DNA of 64,000 nt, taken from the NCBI GenBank assembly GCA_013285705.1, contig JABDHA010000005.1:25325-89324 (forward strand), given 5' to 3'. A program made the translations under genes and the position numbers. The DNA comes from Acidobacteriota bacterium. GTDB lineage: Bacteria > Acidobacteriota > Terriglobia > Terriglobales > Acidobacteriaceae. Shown here in pieces: positions 25,522 to 36,032 of the stretch. Position 1 is the stretch's first letter, and every line of letters begins with the position of its first letter. The notes below the pieces were generated by a model. It did not search any database. It was given only the letters and a program-made list of their open reading frames with translations, and was not told the origin of the DNA.

Positions 25522-27891
25522 TTACTCGATTTTGATTCTGGCCTCTGAACCTCGATAGACGACCGTGTGGTCGAACTCCGTTTCCACCGTGCCGCCGATC
25601 CCATGTCCGGGTCGTGCCCTGACTATGTGAAATGTCATCTCCTGCGGCATTCCCGGATAGCTACCGATGCGGGCTCCCAACGTGAGTGTGCGGTCGGCAT
25701 CAGACCATGTGATGGGGATGACGGCGTGCTGGCCTTTTTCGTAGTTGTAGTTATCGCCTTCATCCTGGTAGAGATTGAAGCTTCCATTCGCACCCGGATA
25801 GATGCGCAGCTCGATCGGACCATCGACCTTCTCGCCGGCATATTGCTCCTCCGGCCCAAGAGGCAGAATGGACCCTGCACGCACATAGAGCGGAATGCGA
25901 TTGAGTGGTGCCGCTGCCTGAATGTGCGTGCCGCCCTGGATCGTTTGTCCCGTCCAGAAGTCGTACCAGAGCGTATCTTTCAACGCATCTTTCGGTAGAT
26001 AAACGCGGCGTTCTGTTGCCTTCGCCTCGGTTACCGGATTTACGAGAAGCGCTGGCCCGAACATAAACTGGTCGCCGATATTCCAGGTAAGCGGATCGTT
26101 TCTCCAGTCCATGACCAGCGGCCGCTGGATGGTGTAGTCCTCGCTTGAGACCTTCCATGCCAGCGAATAGATATACGGCATCAGGCGATAGCGGAGCTTG
26201 TCGTACTCGATGAGAGACGGCTCCACATCCGGATAGCTCCACATCTCATTGTGCGGACGATGGCCATGTGAGCGGAAAATCGGACAGAAGACGCCGAATT
26301 GAAACCATCGCAGATACAGCTCCTGATAGGCCGGGTCTTCGATCTGCCCGTCGTAGGTTGGCCAGTAGCCTCCAATGTCTGTCGTCCAGTAGGGCAGGCC
26401 GGAGACCGCATAGTTCAGCCCTGCCGTAATCTGATGCGAGAGTCCCCAATAGCTGCTGAAAACATCGCCCGACCATACAGTCGCGCCGACTCGTTGTTGC
26501 CCGAGGAAGGCCGAACGCGTCAGCAGGAAGGTGCGCTTCTGATCGTTGGTCTTCTTCCAGTGTTCCTGGATGCCCTCGTTATGCAGGAGCGGATAGATGT
26601 TCGTGTACAGCGCTCCATTGCCGATGGCAATCTTCTTGTCGCGAAGAATGGCATCTCCAATATGGGGCCAGTACTCTTCCGGTTCGGCGCTGTCCAGCCA
26701 GAACGAATCCCATCCCTGCGCGAATAACTTACTTGTCAGGCTGTCCCAATACACATCCCGTCCTCTTGGATTCGAAGCGTCATAGACATGCGCGTTTGGT
26801 ATCAGAAGGCCTTCCGCGTCCAGCTTCTTAAACGTATCGGCAGCAGGATCGATCAAGCCCCAGGTGGAGATCATGGTGTGCACATGCTCGTCGTGCAACT
26901 TCTTCAAGTCACCAGACACATCGTGGTAGTTTTCATTGAAGATCGGGTCGCCTTCCGTCTTCCACCAGAACCAGTCCTGCACCATCACGTCCATGGGAAT
27001 TTTTTCGCTGCGATATCGGTTCGCGATCTCGATAATTTCATCGAGCGATTTGTACCGGTCCTTTGACTGGATAAAGCCGTAGGCCCAGCGCGGCAGCATC
27101 GGCGCATGGCCTGTGAGGTTGCGGTACTGATGGATGATGCCGTCGATCTCAGGTCCGTACACGAGAAAGTAATCCACGCCATCACCGGTCATCGAGTCGA
27201 ACGACAGCTCCAGCGGAAAGCGGTTGTCCACGTAGGTAAACGCGGCAGTGTTCCAGAGGATGCCGTAGCCTTTCGTCGAAACGAGGACGGGAACAGCAAT
27301 GTCGGTGTTGTTCTGGCCGAGCTCGATGGTGGCGCCGCGATAATTGAACATCCCATTCTGATGCTGGCCTAATCCGTAGAATGCCTCAGTGAAGTCGGGA
27401 GCGAAACGATCGACCACGTGAAAGGTCTGGTCACCATTGACGGTGACCGGCGCATAGGTGCGCGGGACAGCGTTTCCTTCACGCAGCAGTGGCTTGCCGT
27501 CTGCTGTGGAGAACATCAGGTTTCCCCGGTCCATCGAAAGCGCAACCGTAAAGTTCGCGGTTTTGACGCTCGCGCTCTTCGCGTCCTGTCTGAACTGAAA
27601 GGCGCCTCCCTTGCACGATTGATCCGCTGGCAACAGCCACGGTTGAGGATGTTCGATGCTGCTTCCGTCCGGGCGCGTCGTGACATGAATGATCGAGTCC
27701 GAACACACCACAATGCGCATTGTCTCTTTGCCGATAGTTGCGTTGAAGCCATGATCAGACTGGGTAACTTGCACCTGCGGCTGAGCGGGAATGTTTTGTC
27801 CTGAAAGCTGCGCGTGCCATGCAGAAAAGCCCGTCAGCATGATGAAAAAGAGCCCTGGAAAATGCGCGCGTGACAGCAGTTTGCCGATCAT
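25522..27891 (-). CDS. Glycoside hydrolase family 31 (alpha-xylosidase-like), secreted
   Basis: YGLGQHQ, LTGHAPMLPRWAYG, nucleophile WLDSAEPE, acid/base WSGD, WTTDIGG and FRSHG. Confidence 0.95.
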   Translation of the reverse strand: MIGKLLSRAHFPGLFFIMLTGFSAWHAQLSGQNIPAQPQVQVTQSDHGFNATIGKETMRIVVCSDSIIHVTTRPDGSSIEHPQPWLLPADQSCKGGAFQFRQDAKSASVKTANFTVALSMDRGNLMFSTADGKPLLREGNAVPRTYAPVTVNGDQTFHVVDRFAPDFTEAFYGLGQHQNGMFNYRGATIELGQNNTDIAVPVLVSTKGYGILWNTAAFTYVDNRFPLELSFDSMTGDGVDYFLVYGPEIDGIIHQYRNLTGHAPMLPRWAYGFIQSKDRYKSLDEIIEIANRYRSEKIPMDVMVQDWFWWKTEGDPIFNENYHDVSGDLKKLHDEHVHTMISTWGLIDPAADTFKKLDAEGLLIPNAHVYDASNPRGRDVYWDSLTSKLFAQGWDSFWLDSAEPEEYWPHIGDAILRDKKIAIGNGALYTNIYPLLHNEGIQEHWKKTNDQKRTFLLTRSAFLGQQRVGATVWSGDVFSSYWGLSHQITAGLNYAVSGLPYWTTDIGGYWPTYDGQIEDPAYQELYLRWFQFGVFCPIFRSHGHRPHNEMWSYPDVEPSLIEYDKLRYRLMPYIYSLAWKVSSEDYTIQRPLVMDWRNDPLTWNIGDQFMFGPALLVNPVTEAKATERRVYLPKDALKDTLWYDFWTGQTIQGGTHIQAAAPLNRIPLYVRAGSILPLGPEEQYAGEKVDGPIELRIYPGANGSFNLYQDEGDNYNYEKGQHAVIPITWSDADRTLTLGARIGSYPGMPQEMTFHIVRARPGHGIGGTVETEFDHTVVYRGSEARIKIE

Positions 27892-27920
27892 AGTCCCCTT
27901 TTATGCATGATTGAAATCGA

Positions 27921-30233
27921 TTAGAAGACGCGCCCCAGGCCAAACCACCACTTCCGGTGCGAATTGTCTCCGGCGGCTACACCAACATAGATGGGGCCGA
28001 GCGCAGTGCGCGCGACGGCTGCGAAGCTGCCATCCCAGGCTTCGGACTCCAGCGTGTCCGCCGCATTGATGTTTTCGTAGACCTTTCCGCCTTCCATGAA
28101 GGCGAGCGCATACAGGCCATCCCCGATAAGTGGATTAAAGCGCAAAAGCTTATGTTCGTAGCCGCCCTGGAAGAGCCAATACTGGTTGCCCAGCAGCTCA
28201 TTGCGTCCGTAGGAGCCTAGATGGAACGGCCCTCCGAGCGAGAACCCCTGCAGGTCGACCGTGAGTGTCGACGCGCCAAAGCTGGTTCCGCCTGCGGCAG
28301 TAAGAATGATCGAGCCGGATTTGCTGATCGGGTAATAGGAGGCGACTCTCACTTCGGCAAGCGTGAATGGATCGACTCCCTCGGACGACTCATGTCGCTC
28401 GACCCGGAAGAATGTATTCGCCCCGCTGAGAGGCAGCACGGCGTTGTCGCCGCCAAGAAAGTTGAAGCGCAGTGAAGTCACTTCCTCTCGCTGCGCCGGG
28501 ACGGAAAGGTCATCGTAATCGATAATCTTTTTGACTGAATACCAGTACACATCCTGCCCGAGGCGAATCTCCGCTCCCCGCGGCGTTGTATACCCCAAGT
28601 CAAAACCGACCCCGTTCTGCGAAATCTGATATTGCGACGTTCGGGTACCTTCGTTGTAAAAGTCGAAGCGCGTGCTGGTGACGTAAGCTCGCGGCGCATA
28701 AAACCAGCGGGTCTCCGCCGCAAATGGCTTGTAGTATTCGCTCCTTAGACCATAGCTGTAGCCGAAAAATGCGTCCGTCCGCCATTCTGCCCGGTAGCCG
28801 CCGAGATTGATGAAGGTGAACCGTCCTGACATGCCGAAGAGGACGTCCTTCGTATCGGCTCCATCGATGTTGATACCCAGGTTCAGGAATGGCGGTCCGT
28901 ACGATTTGGGATACGCGGTCACTGCTAGGCCGGGCACTCCGTTTTTGTCTGTGAGTGAATAGCCGGCGGCATTCAACGTGCCGGCGCCAACGAACCGGGT
29001 CATCTGCCGGTCCAGGAACTTTGTATCGATCGTCTGGTTGACGACCCGTGCCTGCAGCCGCGTGTTGATCTCCGCATTCGTCTTAGGGTCGGCGCCTGTC
29101 ACTGTGAGGAACTCGGGCTTCGGCAGCTCCGTCCGCCTTCGCGCGGCCCGATCCTTGACGTACTGTGCCCACTCGGCATCATCCACAGCGAAGCGATCCA
29201 GCAGCGCCGCCTTACTCTGCGCTCCTTCCAGTCCTTTTGGAATGATGGCCGCCGATTCGGTGAACATCATACTGGAGTAGCCCTTGAGATTGGAGCGAAT
29301 GAGCACGTCAGCAACTTCCATGCTGTGCAGTTCGTTGGCTGCGATCATGATGCTGATGGTGTTGCTGGCTGTCGAGAGAAATGAGCTCATGCGCTGCGTC
29401 GTCTGTCCTGTATCCAGATAGCTCGCGATCACGATATCGGCGCCATTGGCCTTCGCTACGTCCACGGGCAGATTATCGACCGCGCCGCCATCCGTAAAGG
29501 TCTGCCCGTTGATCTCGACCGGAGCGAAGACCCCGGGAATCGACATCGTCGCGCGCATGGCCTGCCCCAGAAATCCGCCATCGAATACCTGGGCACGCCC
29601 GGTATCCATATTGGTAGCCACGCAGCGAAACGGAATCGGCAGATCGTCAAAGCTCCTGAGGCTGTAATCGGCCAGCGTAGCGCGGTCGAGAATGAGGCCG
29701 ACCTGCTGGCCAGAGTTCAAACCTTCCGGGAACGATAGCCCATGCTTCAGCCCGAACTCCAGACGGTTCGGATAATCGACCCGGTCCTGTTTTCTGCGGT
29801 AGCTCAGATCAGGATAGGGAGTCTTCCCTCCGATCGCCAGGTCCCAATTAATATCTTTCACCAGATCGCGAATCTCATCCGGCGAGCGTCCCGACGCATA
29901 CAGCCCGCCCACCAATCCGCCCATGCTGGTGCCTACTACAAGATCGATGGGAATGTGGTGCTGCTCAAGATACTCGATGACCCCGATATGCGCAAAGCCC
30001 AGCGCGCCGCCGCCTTCGAGCACAAGCGCGATGCGCGGATGGTGTTTGCCTGGTCCGGCCGCCGCGCCCGTCGGTACTCCTGTCTGCAGTGCGGGGTTCT
30101 GTTGCGCAGGTGCGCCGGGTGTTGGACCTTGCTGTTCGACTGGAGGCTGCGTCTGTCCCCACGCTACTGTCGCCAGCAACAGGGGAACTACGGATGACAG
30201 GACAGTCTCGCGGATGGTTCGCTTCCACAACAT
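27921..30233 (-). CDS. Patatin-like phospholipase with C-terminal Omp85-like beta-barrel (PlpD/type Vd-like)
   Basis: Signal peptide, GGGALG, GTSMG, DGG, and amphipathic beta-strands ending WWFGLGRVF. Confidence 0.88.
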   Translation of the reverse strand: MLWKRTIRETVLSSVVPLLLATVAWGQTQPPVEQQGPTPGAPAQQNPALQTGVPTGAAAGPGKHHPRIALVLEGGGALGFAHIGVIEYLEQHHIPIDLVVGTSMGGLVGGLYASGRSPDEIRDLVKDINWDLAIGGKTPYPDLSYRRKQDRVDYPNRLEFGLKHGLSFPEGLNSGQQVGLILDRATLADYSLRSFDDLPIPFRCVATNMDTGRAQVFDGGFLGQAMRATMSIPGVFAPVEINGQTFTDGGAVDNLPVDVAKANGADIVIASYLDTGQTTQRMSSFLSTASNTISIMIAANELHSMEVADVLIRSNLKGYSSMMFTESAAIIPKGLEGAQSKAALLDRFAVDDAEWAQYVKDRAARRRTELPKPEFLTVTGADPKTNAEINTRLQARVVNQTIDTKFLDRQMTRFVGAGTLNAAGYSLTDKNGVPGLAVTAYPKSYGPPFLNLGINIDGADTKDVLFGMSGRFTFINLGGYRAEWRTDAFFGYSYGLRSEYYKPFAAETRWFYAPRAYVTSTRFDFYNEGTRTSQYQISQNGVGFDLGYTTPRGAEIRLGQDVYWYSVKKIIDYDDLSVPAQREEVTSLRFNFLGGDNAVLPLSGANTFFRVERHESSEGVDPFTLAEVRVASYYPISKSGSIILTAAGGTSFGASTLTVDLQGFSLGGPFHLGSYGRNELLGNQYWLFQGGYEHKLLRFNPLIGDGLYALAFMEGGKVYENINAADTLESEAWDGSFAAVARTALGPIYVGVAAGDNSHRKWWFGLGRVF

Positions 30234-30342
30234 GCCAGAGCCTCCGACCAAAACAGCACGTAGCGTTTATACATCGATACCGGCCAATGCGCACACGCTT
30301 GTTGTTGACTGCCAGAGCACCTGTGAAGCAGTGATGTCTTCG

Positions 30343-31005
30343 CTATTTTTTCTGAAAGACCGGCTCGAACTCGACTTCTACACCATCTTCCTTCCCGCGG
30401 ACCGTTACGTCTTCGAGCGACTGAACGATCCAGTCAGCGGCGGCGAGCTCTTTCACGGTGTGCGAGAAGAGAGTAGCCAGCACCTTGCATCCGGCGGCGT
30501 GGCCGGCGATTGCGCCAGAGCTCGAGTCTTCGATCACGAGGCAGTCTTCGGGCTTCAGTCCCAGCAGGGCCGCGCCCTTGAGGTAGGGCTCAGGATGAGG
30601 CTTGCCGTCGGTGACCATGTCAGCGGTGATGATGTGGCTGGGAATGGCGAGACCCGCATAGCCGAGCCGCGAGCGAGCGAGCTTTTCTGTGGCCGAGGTG
30701 ACGATGGTCCAATATTTTTCGGGAAGCGCAGCGAGAATGCCCTGCACACCCTGCAACACTTCGATGTCGTCTTTATCCGCAATCTCGATCTCTTCGATCA
30801 GCTTCAACTCTTCGACATCGTTCAGATCGGGACGCAGCTTGCGGACCGTCTCAATGGCGCGCTGTCCGTGCGCAGTCTTGATTGCGAGCGCGCCATCGAC
30901 GTTGCGCATCGCGCCCCACTTGGTCCAGCTTCGCTCGACCGATCCGAGCGAGCTGACAAGCACTCCATCCATGTCAAAGAGAATTCCGCGAACGTGCAGT
31001 TTCAT
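30343..31005 (-). CDS. HAD-IA sugar phosphatase-like hydrolase
   Basis: FDMDGVL, VTSA, GKPHPEPY and IEDS. Confidence 0.93.
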   Translation of the reverse strand: MKLHVRGILFDMDGVLVSSLGSVERSWTKWGAMRNVDGALAIKTAHGQRAIETVRKLRPDLNDVEELKLIEEIEIADKDDIEVLQGVQGILAALPEKYWTIVTSATEKLARSRLGYAGLAIPSHIITADMVTDGKPHPEPYLKGAALLGLKPEDCLVIEDSSSGAIAGHAAGCKVLATLFSHTVKELAAADWIVQSLEDVTVRGKEDGVEVEFEPVFQKK

Positions 31006-31105
31006 GAAAAACGCGACTCCTATGCCGATTTTGATTCAGGGAAACGAAGATTGGACGCAGATGGGAAGCGGCGCCCGCTCGATGACGGGCGCCACATAGT
31101 TGAGC

Positions 31106-32311
31106 TTACAGCTTGGCGAAGAATTCCTTCATGCGCTTCAGTCCCTCTTCCACGTCATCATGCGAGACAGCATAAGAGAGTCGGATGTGCTGATTGGTAC
31201 CGAAGGCCTCACCGGGAACGCTGACAACATGCGCCTCGTTCAGCAGGCGTCCTGCCAGCTCCATTGCGGTCTGCGCGCCAGGCTTGCCCAGATAGGCCGA
31301 GACATTCGGATAGACGTAAAATGCGCCTTCCGGCTTGGTGCAGGTGATGCCGGGAATTTCCGCGAGACGCGCGAGGATACGGTCGCGCAGCTTGAGATAG
31401 TCCGCACGCATCTCGGTCACGCATTCCTGCGAGCTCGAGAGCGCGGCAATCGCGGCTTTCTGCACGAAGGCCGCAGTCGATGACGTTGACTGGCTCTGCA
31501 GCTTGCTCATCGCAGCGATGATGGGCTTGGGGCCAAGCGCGTAGCCGGCGCGCCATCCCGTCATAGCATAGGTCTTCGAGAGCGACCCGAGCACGATGAT
31601 GTGCTCCTTCGCGTCAGTAAATGAGCCGCCGCTGACCAGTGCTCCCGTGTACTGCAGGTAGACGTAGCACTCATCGAGCAACAGATAGATGCCGCGCTCG
31701 TGCGCGAGCCTAACGATGCGCTCAAGGTCGGCGGGCGCAATGACGGAACCGGTCGGGTTCGAAGGCGAATTGAGAATGATGGCCTTGGTACGCGGCGTGA
31801 TCGCCTTCTCGATGGCGTCAGCGGTGACGCGGAAGTTTTCGGCTTCATCGGTTTCAAGGTAAACGACCTTGCCGCCCGCATATTGAACGATGTCCTTGTA
31901 GGACACCCAGTAGGGCACGGGCAGAATGACCTCATCGCCGTGATCGACGAGCACCTGGATGACGTTGAAAATAGCGAGCTTTCCGCCGGTGGTGAAAACG
32001 GCTTCTTCCGGCGTGTAGTTCGAGCCAAAATCGCAGGCGTGGCGCTCAACGATGGCCTTACGCACCTCGGGGATGCCGGAGACCACGGTATAGCGCGTGA
32101 AATTCTTGTCGATGGCTTCAATGGCTGCGTCTTTAATGTGGCGCGGCGTGGCGAAGTGGGGCTCGCCTGCTCCGAAGTCGACCAGCTTCGCGCCCTGTGC
32201 GCGCAGCTTGGCGGCTTCCGCGGTCACGGCCATGGTGGCAGAGACCTCGATGCGTCCGATGCGATCGGCAAAAACCTTGGTAGATGCCTGAGTGGTTGTC
32301 GTAGCGCTCAT
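31106..32311 (-). CDS. PLP-dependent aminotransferase class I (aspartate aminotransferase type)
   Basis: GAGEPHF, NSPSNPTG, DECY and SLSKTYAMTGWRAG. Confidence 0.95.
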   Translation of the reverse strand: MSATTTTQASTKVFADRIGRIEVSATMAVTAEAAKLRAQGAKLVDFGAGEPHFATPRHIKDAAIEAIDKNFTRYTVVSGIPEVRKAIVERHACDFGSNYTPEEAVFTTGGKLAIFNVIQVLVDHGDEVILPVPYWVSYKDIVQYAGGKVVYLETDEAENFRVTADAIEKAITPRTKAIILNSPSNPTGSVIAPADLERIVRLAHERGIYLLLDECYVYLQYTGALVSGGSFTDAKEHIIVLGSLSKTYAMTGWRAGYALGPKPIIAAMSKLQSQSTSSTAAFVQKAAIAALSSSQECVTEMRADYLKLRDRILARLAEIPGITCTKPEGAFYVYPNVSAYLGKPGAQTAMELAGRLLNEAHVVSVPGEAFGTNQHIRLSYAVSHDDVEEGLKRMKEFFAKL

Positions 32312-32403
32312 ACATCTATTTTTTCAGATTTTTGCCGAATGCAGGGGACTAAATTCAGACCCGCACGAGAACGGTCGCGCTGTTGTTGCGCCTGCGATGG
32401 AAA

Positions 32404-33129
32404 TCAGCCATTTGTTGCGTGGAAGCTCTGAACATGAATCACAACTTTCCATAAGGAAGTTGGACGCCCCGCTACCTTATCAACCTTCCACTCCACGTTC
32501 ACGATGCGATAGATGCCGGATTCAAGCGTGAGAGTTTCGCCAATGGCGGGAATGCGCGCAGGCCATTGCACTTGCAGCGCTTCGGAGTCGCCTTCGATCA
32601 TGATGACGACCTGAAATGTTCGCAGAGCTGCCGCTTGTCTGCCGCCGCTACCGCTACCCGTGCCAGAGCCTGATCCCAAGCCTGATACGCCGTACTGCTC
32701 TCCCTCTCGGGCAAGGGTTTCGCGCACCATGTGGATATTCACGCCAAAATCAAGCAGCATCTTGCCGACATAGGATTCCGGCTCGCGCAGAAGGCCAAGG
32801 AACAGATGCTCGGTACCGATGTGCTGGTGGCCGAGGCGCTGGGCTTCTTCGGCGGCATATGCCAGCACACGTTTTGCGTCATCGGAGAGCGGCAGATCGA
32901 CGGAAGTGGGCAGATGAGGCTTTAATTCGAGAGATTGCGAGATCTCGCTGCGAAAGACCGCCGGCCAGTCGGTCTGCTTGTCCAACCAGCGCGTCACCAC
33001 CTGCGGGCTCTCACGCAGAAGGCCAAGTAATAGAAATTTCGGCTCAATCAGGGGATCGCCGAACTCGCTCGCCTCGTAACGGGCGAAGAAGATGACGCGC
33101 CGCGCTTTTTCCGTATATCGCTCGAACAC
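32404..33129 (-). CDS. Clp protease N-terminal (Clp_N repeat) domain protein without an ATPase domain
   Basis: MFERYTEKARRVIFFARYEA and AAEEAQRLGHQHIGTEHLFLGLLRE, then a G/S linker and a small domain. No Walker motifs. Confidence 0.9.
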   Translation of the reverse strand: MFERYTEKARRVIFFARYEASEFGDPLIEPKFLLLGLLRESPQVVTRWLDKQTDWPAVFRSEISQSLELKPHLPTSVDLPLSDDAKRVLAYAAEEAQRLGHQHIGTEHLFLGLLREPESYVGKMLLDFGVNIHMVRETLAREGEQYGVSGLGSGSGTGSGSGGRQAAALRTFQVVIMIEGDSEALQVQWPARIPAIGETLTLESGIYRIVNVEWKVDKVAGRPTSLWKVVIHVQSFHATNG

Positions 33130-33313
33130 GCTCCTCCTTTTTGCCAGTTGCTGCTTGGCATCCCCCGCGCACTTTGATAAACCATACCTAGCATAGCTGG
33201 CGGCGTTCAGGGGCGCTGCTGATTTTTAAGGGGGAGATGGCGAACCATCTCCGGGCCACAGTTTGCATCACAACAGGGAAACTTCCTGAAACCTGAAAAG
33301 GCTGGCCGTTCCT

Positions 33314-34570
33314 ATGACCCTTCTGCTCGTCCAGATGTCCATCGTTCTCGCCGTCACCATCATTTGCGGATGGCTGGCGCGCAAGCTGGGACAGTCCCGC
33401 GTAATTGGTGAGATTATCGGCGGGATTCTGCTGGGGCCTTCCGTTCTTGGACGCATTTCCCCTCACGGGTCGGCGGCGCTTTTCCCTGAAGCCTCGCTGC
33501 ATTCGCTCGAAACCCTTTCGACGGTCGGGTTGATCCTGTTTATGTTTCTCATTGGAATGGAGCTGGACTACGACCAGCTTTCCAAACAACGGTCGACCGC
33601 CGTCATCGCCAGCGGCACAAGCATTCTGATTCCGTTTATTACCGCGGCTGCGCTGGCGCATTCGCTGCGGATTCGCTTTGCACCGCATGGCATTGGCAGC
33701 GTGCCATTTGTACTCTTTCTCGGGATCGCGATGAGCATCACCGCCTTCCCAGTTCTGGCGCGGATTCTCGAAGAGAGGCGGCTGCAGGGCACTTCCCTGG
33801 GCACGACAGCGATCATGTGCGCAGCCGTCGACGATGTCGTCGCGTGGTCCCTGCTGGCGCTGGCTCTTACGCTGATCGGGAAGGCTGGCGGCTCGGCTTC
33901 CCTGCCGATTCGGCTTGCCGGCCTCGCGGGATATTTATTCCTGATGCTCGGCGTCGTTCGCCCACTGGCGGCGCGCGCCGTGCATATGCGCAAGAAGCCG
34001 GGACTGTCTCTCGAATTGCTGGGCGCGGTCGTCGCCGGCACACTGGCTTCGGCGGCGGCTACGGAGTGGATTGGCGTACATCCTCTCTTCGGCGCATTCC
34101 TTGCCGGAGTCTGCTTTCCCCGCGTTCCAGACTGGCAGTATGCTCTGCGCGCCCGCCTGGACATGATCACCTCCGTCCTGCTGCTGCCGCTCTTCTTTGC
34201 ATTGACCGGGCTGCGCACACGCCTCGACCTGCTGAATGACGCGAACATGTGGTGGTGGGCAGCGATCGTGCTCGTCGGATCGGTCTTCGGCAAGATGGGC
34301 GGCGCAGTGCTCGCCGCCCGCTGGACGGGCCAGTCGTGGCGCAACGCTGCCGCCCTGGGAGCGCTGCTGAATACGCGCGGGCTGGTCGAACTGGTGGTCC
34401 TGAATATCGCCTACAACGTTGGCGCGTTTTCGCCCACGCTCTTTACCATGCTGGTGGTCATGGCCCTAGTGACGACCATGAGCACCACGCCGATCCTGAA
34501 TCTACTGGGTATAAAAGGCGAAGACACGCCTGCAGAACACCCAAAAAGCGTCGAAGCGACAGCAGCTTAA
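33314..34570 (+). CDS. Cation:proton antiporter (CPA2/KefB-like)
   Basis: VIGEIIGGILLGPS, SITAFPVLARIL, AAVDD and LNTRGLVELV, with many TM helices. Confidence 0.94.
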   Translation: MTLLLVQMSIVLAVTIICGWLARKLGQSRVIGEIIGGILLGPSVLGRISPHGSAALFPEASLHSLETLSTVGLILFMFLIGMELDYDQLSKQRSTAVIASGTSILIPFITAAALAHSLRIRFAPHGIGSVPFVLFLGIAMSITAFPVLARILEERRLQGTSLGTTAIMCAAVDDVVAWSLLALALTLIGKAGGSASLPIRLAGLAGYLFLMLGVVRPLAARAVHMRKKPGLSLELLGAVVAGTLASAAATEWIGVHPLFGAFLAGVCFPRVPDWQYALRARLDMITSVLLLPLFFALTGLRTRLDLLNDANMWWWAAIVLVGSVFGKMGGAVLAARWTGQSWRNAAALGALLNTRGLVELVVLNIAYNVGAFSPTLFTMLVVMALVTTMSTTPILNLLGIKGEDTPAEHPKSVEATAA

Positions 34571-34587
34571 GAATCGAGCAAGGACCA

Positions 34588-34619
34588 GGGTGCCCCATGT
34601 CTCGCGTTTGAGACATGGG
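34588..34619. repeat. REP-like hairpin between convergent genes (possibly a bidirectional terminator)
   Basis: GGGTGC-CCCATGTCTC-gcgttt-GAGACATGGG, a perfect 10-bp stem. Confidence 0.7.
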
Positions 34620-34626
34620 ATGCATT

Positions 34627-35124
34627 CTAAGAATGCCCGTTGCCTGGAACACGCGCCTTGAGCCTGTCGATGACGAATTGCGGCACCAACCCCTCAATCG
34701 AACCACCCAGTGTAAAGACCTCCTTCACCAACCGCGAGCTCACGAAGGAGTATTTTGCATCGGGCATGAGGAAGATGGTTTCGAGATCCGGAGCGAGGCG
34801 GCGGTTCATCAGGGCCATCTGCAGCTCATATTCGTAGTCGCTGATGGCGCGGATGCCGCGCATGACCGCCTGCGCATGCTGTTCGCGGACAAAGTCGACA
34901 AGCAGGCCATCGAAGGTCGCCACGGAGACGTTGTCAAAGCCGGCCAGTGCTGTCGTCAGCATCTCGACGCGCTCTTCTACGTTGAACAGTGGATTTTTTG
35001 CCGAGTTTTGCAAGATAGCGACGACGAGGTGGTCGAAGATCTTCGACCCGCGGGCAATCAGGTCAAGATGCCCGTTCGTCACCGGATCGAAGCTGCCGGG
35101 GTAGATGGCTTTTACAGTATTCAC
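34627..35124 (-). CDS. coaD: Phosphopantetheine adenylyltransferase
   Basis: [32 protein letters not shown] and SSRLVKE. Confidence 0.97.
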   Translation of the reverse strand: MNTVKAIYPGSFDPVTNGHLDLIARGSKIFDHLVVAILQNSAKNPLFNVEERVEMLTTALAGFDNVSVATFDGLLVDFVREQHAQAVMRGIRAISDYEYELQMALMNRRLAPDLETIFLMPDAKYSFVSSRLVKEVFTLGGSIEGLVPQFVIDRLKARVPGNGHS

Positions 35125-35184
35125 GCCAGCCGAATTCTATCAGGTACTGATCGCACGGGCAGTCCAGTCATCAGTCCAAAAAGA

Positions 35185-35610
35185 TCAAAAAAACGCACTA
35201 TCTAACCCGGCAATGAAATGAATTCCAGGAATGATCAGGCGATGCAAATGCCTGTCATTCGTCACAAAGAGATCTATCCCGGCTTCAGACGCCGTTGCCA
35301 GGTGAATTGCATCTGGCGGAGAAATGTTTTCCTTCGCCCTAATGGAGGCATAGACTTCTACGGTCGCGGGCAGGAAGGGCAACAATTCGACTTCATTGCT
35401 CCGAAACAACTGCCTCATGTCATCGGCCAGCTTGATATCCCCACCTTTCAATGAGCCCGTCAATGCTTCGCCCAACGTCAATGTGCTGGTGAAAAGAGTA
35501 TCGCCCCGTTCCTGCATCCTCTCGTAAATGCGTCTAACTTTTGGTGCGTAAGCAGGATGATCTTCTAACAAATAGATGAACACCATCGTGTCCCAATAGA
35601 TTCGACTCAC
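35185..35610 (-). CDS. vapC: PIN-domain toxin (VapC family)
   Basis: IYWDTMVFIYLLE, LGE, PDAIHLATA and FVTND: the acidic PIN residues are present. Confidence 0.92.
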   Translation of the reverse strand: MSRIYWDTMVFIYLLEDHPAYAPKVRRIYERMQERGDTLFTSTLTLGEALTGSLKGGDIKLADDMRQLFRSNEVELLPFLPATVEVYASIRAKENISPPDAIHLATASEAGIDLFVTNDRHLHRLIIPGIHFIAGLDSAFF

Positions 35611-36032
35611 GCCTTCCGCCGCACTTTCTCAGTGCCGGCAGCATTCCAACTACGCCGTTCTTCTCGCAGGAACGCTTCTCCTCCGCCCAGCTTCTTGAAT
35701 AGTTCTTTTCCCGCTCCCTGAAGGGAGAGCAACAGACTCGCTTTCTTGACTGGCTTCGATGGAGGCTCTCCCGGGATTTGCAGCCGATATGTAAATACAG
35801 TGGTCGTGCTCAATCCAGATGGAGGCCCTTGTTTTTCAATCAAAGTAAGGTGATTTTGTTCCAGGAAACGCTTGGAAGATAATGCCTGACAAACCGATGG
35901 AACGCGGTTGTTCCAGCGCAGAGCCTTATGCACATCACCTGCTTTAATGCTTACTGCTGAATCTCCGCGCTTCTTCGCAGGTTCGATGTAGGAACGCTGG
36001 ACATACTGGATTACCTGGTCACTTTGTGTCAT
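35607..36032 (-). CDS. Putative antitoxin with an atypical N-terminal domain
   Basis: GTGA overlap with vapC. The C-terminal LQGAGKELFKKLGGGEAFLREERRSW resembles VapB neutralising tails. Confidence 0.75.
   Translation of the reverse strand: MTQSDQVIQYVQRSYIEPAKKRGDSAVSIKAGDVHKALRWNNRVPSVCQALSSKRFLEQNHLTLIEKQGPPSGLSTTTVFTYRLQIPGEPPSKPVKKASLLLSLQGAGKELFKKLGGGEAFLREERRSWNAAGTEKVRRKA

Noticed and set aside
29923-31224. 433-aa plus-strand ORF
   Set aside because: It is an antisense shadow of the patatin, HAD and aminotransferase genes, with no recognisable motifs.
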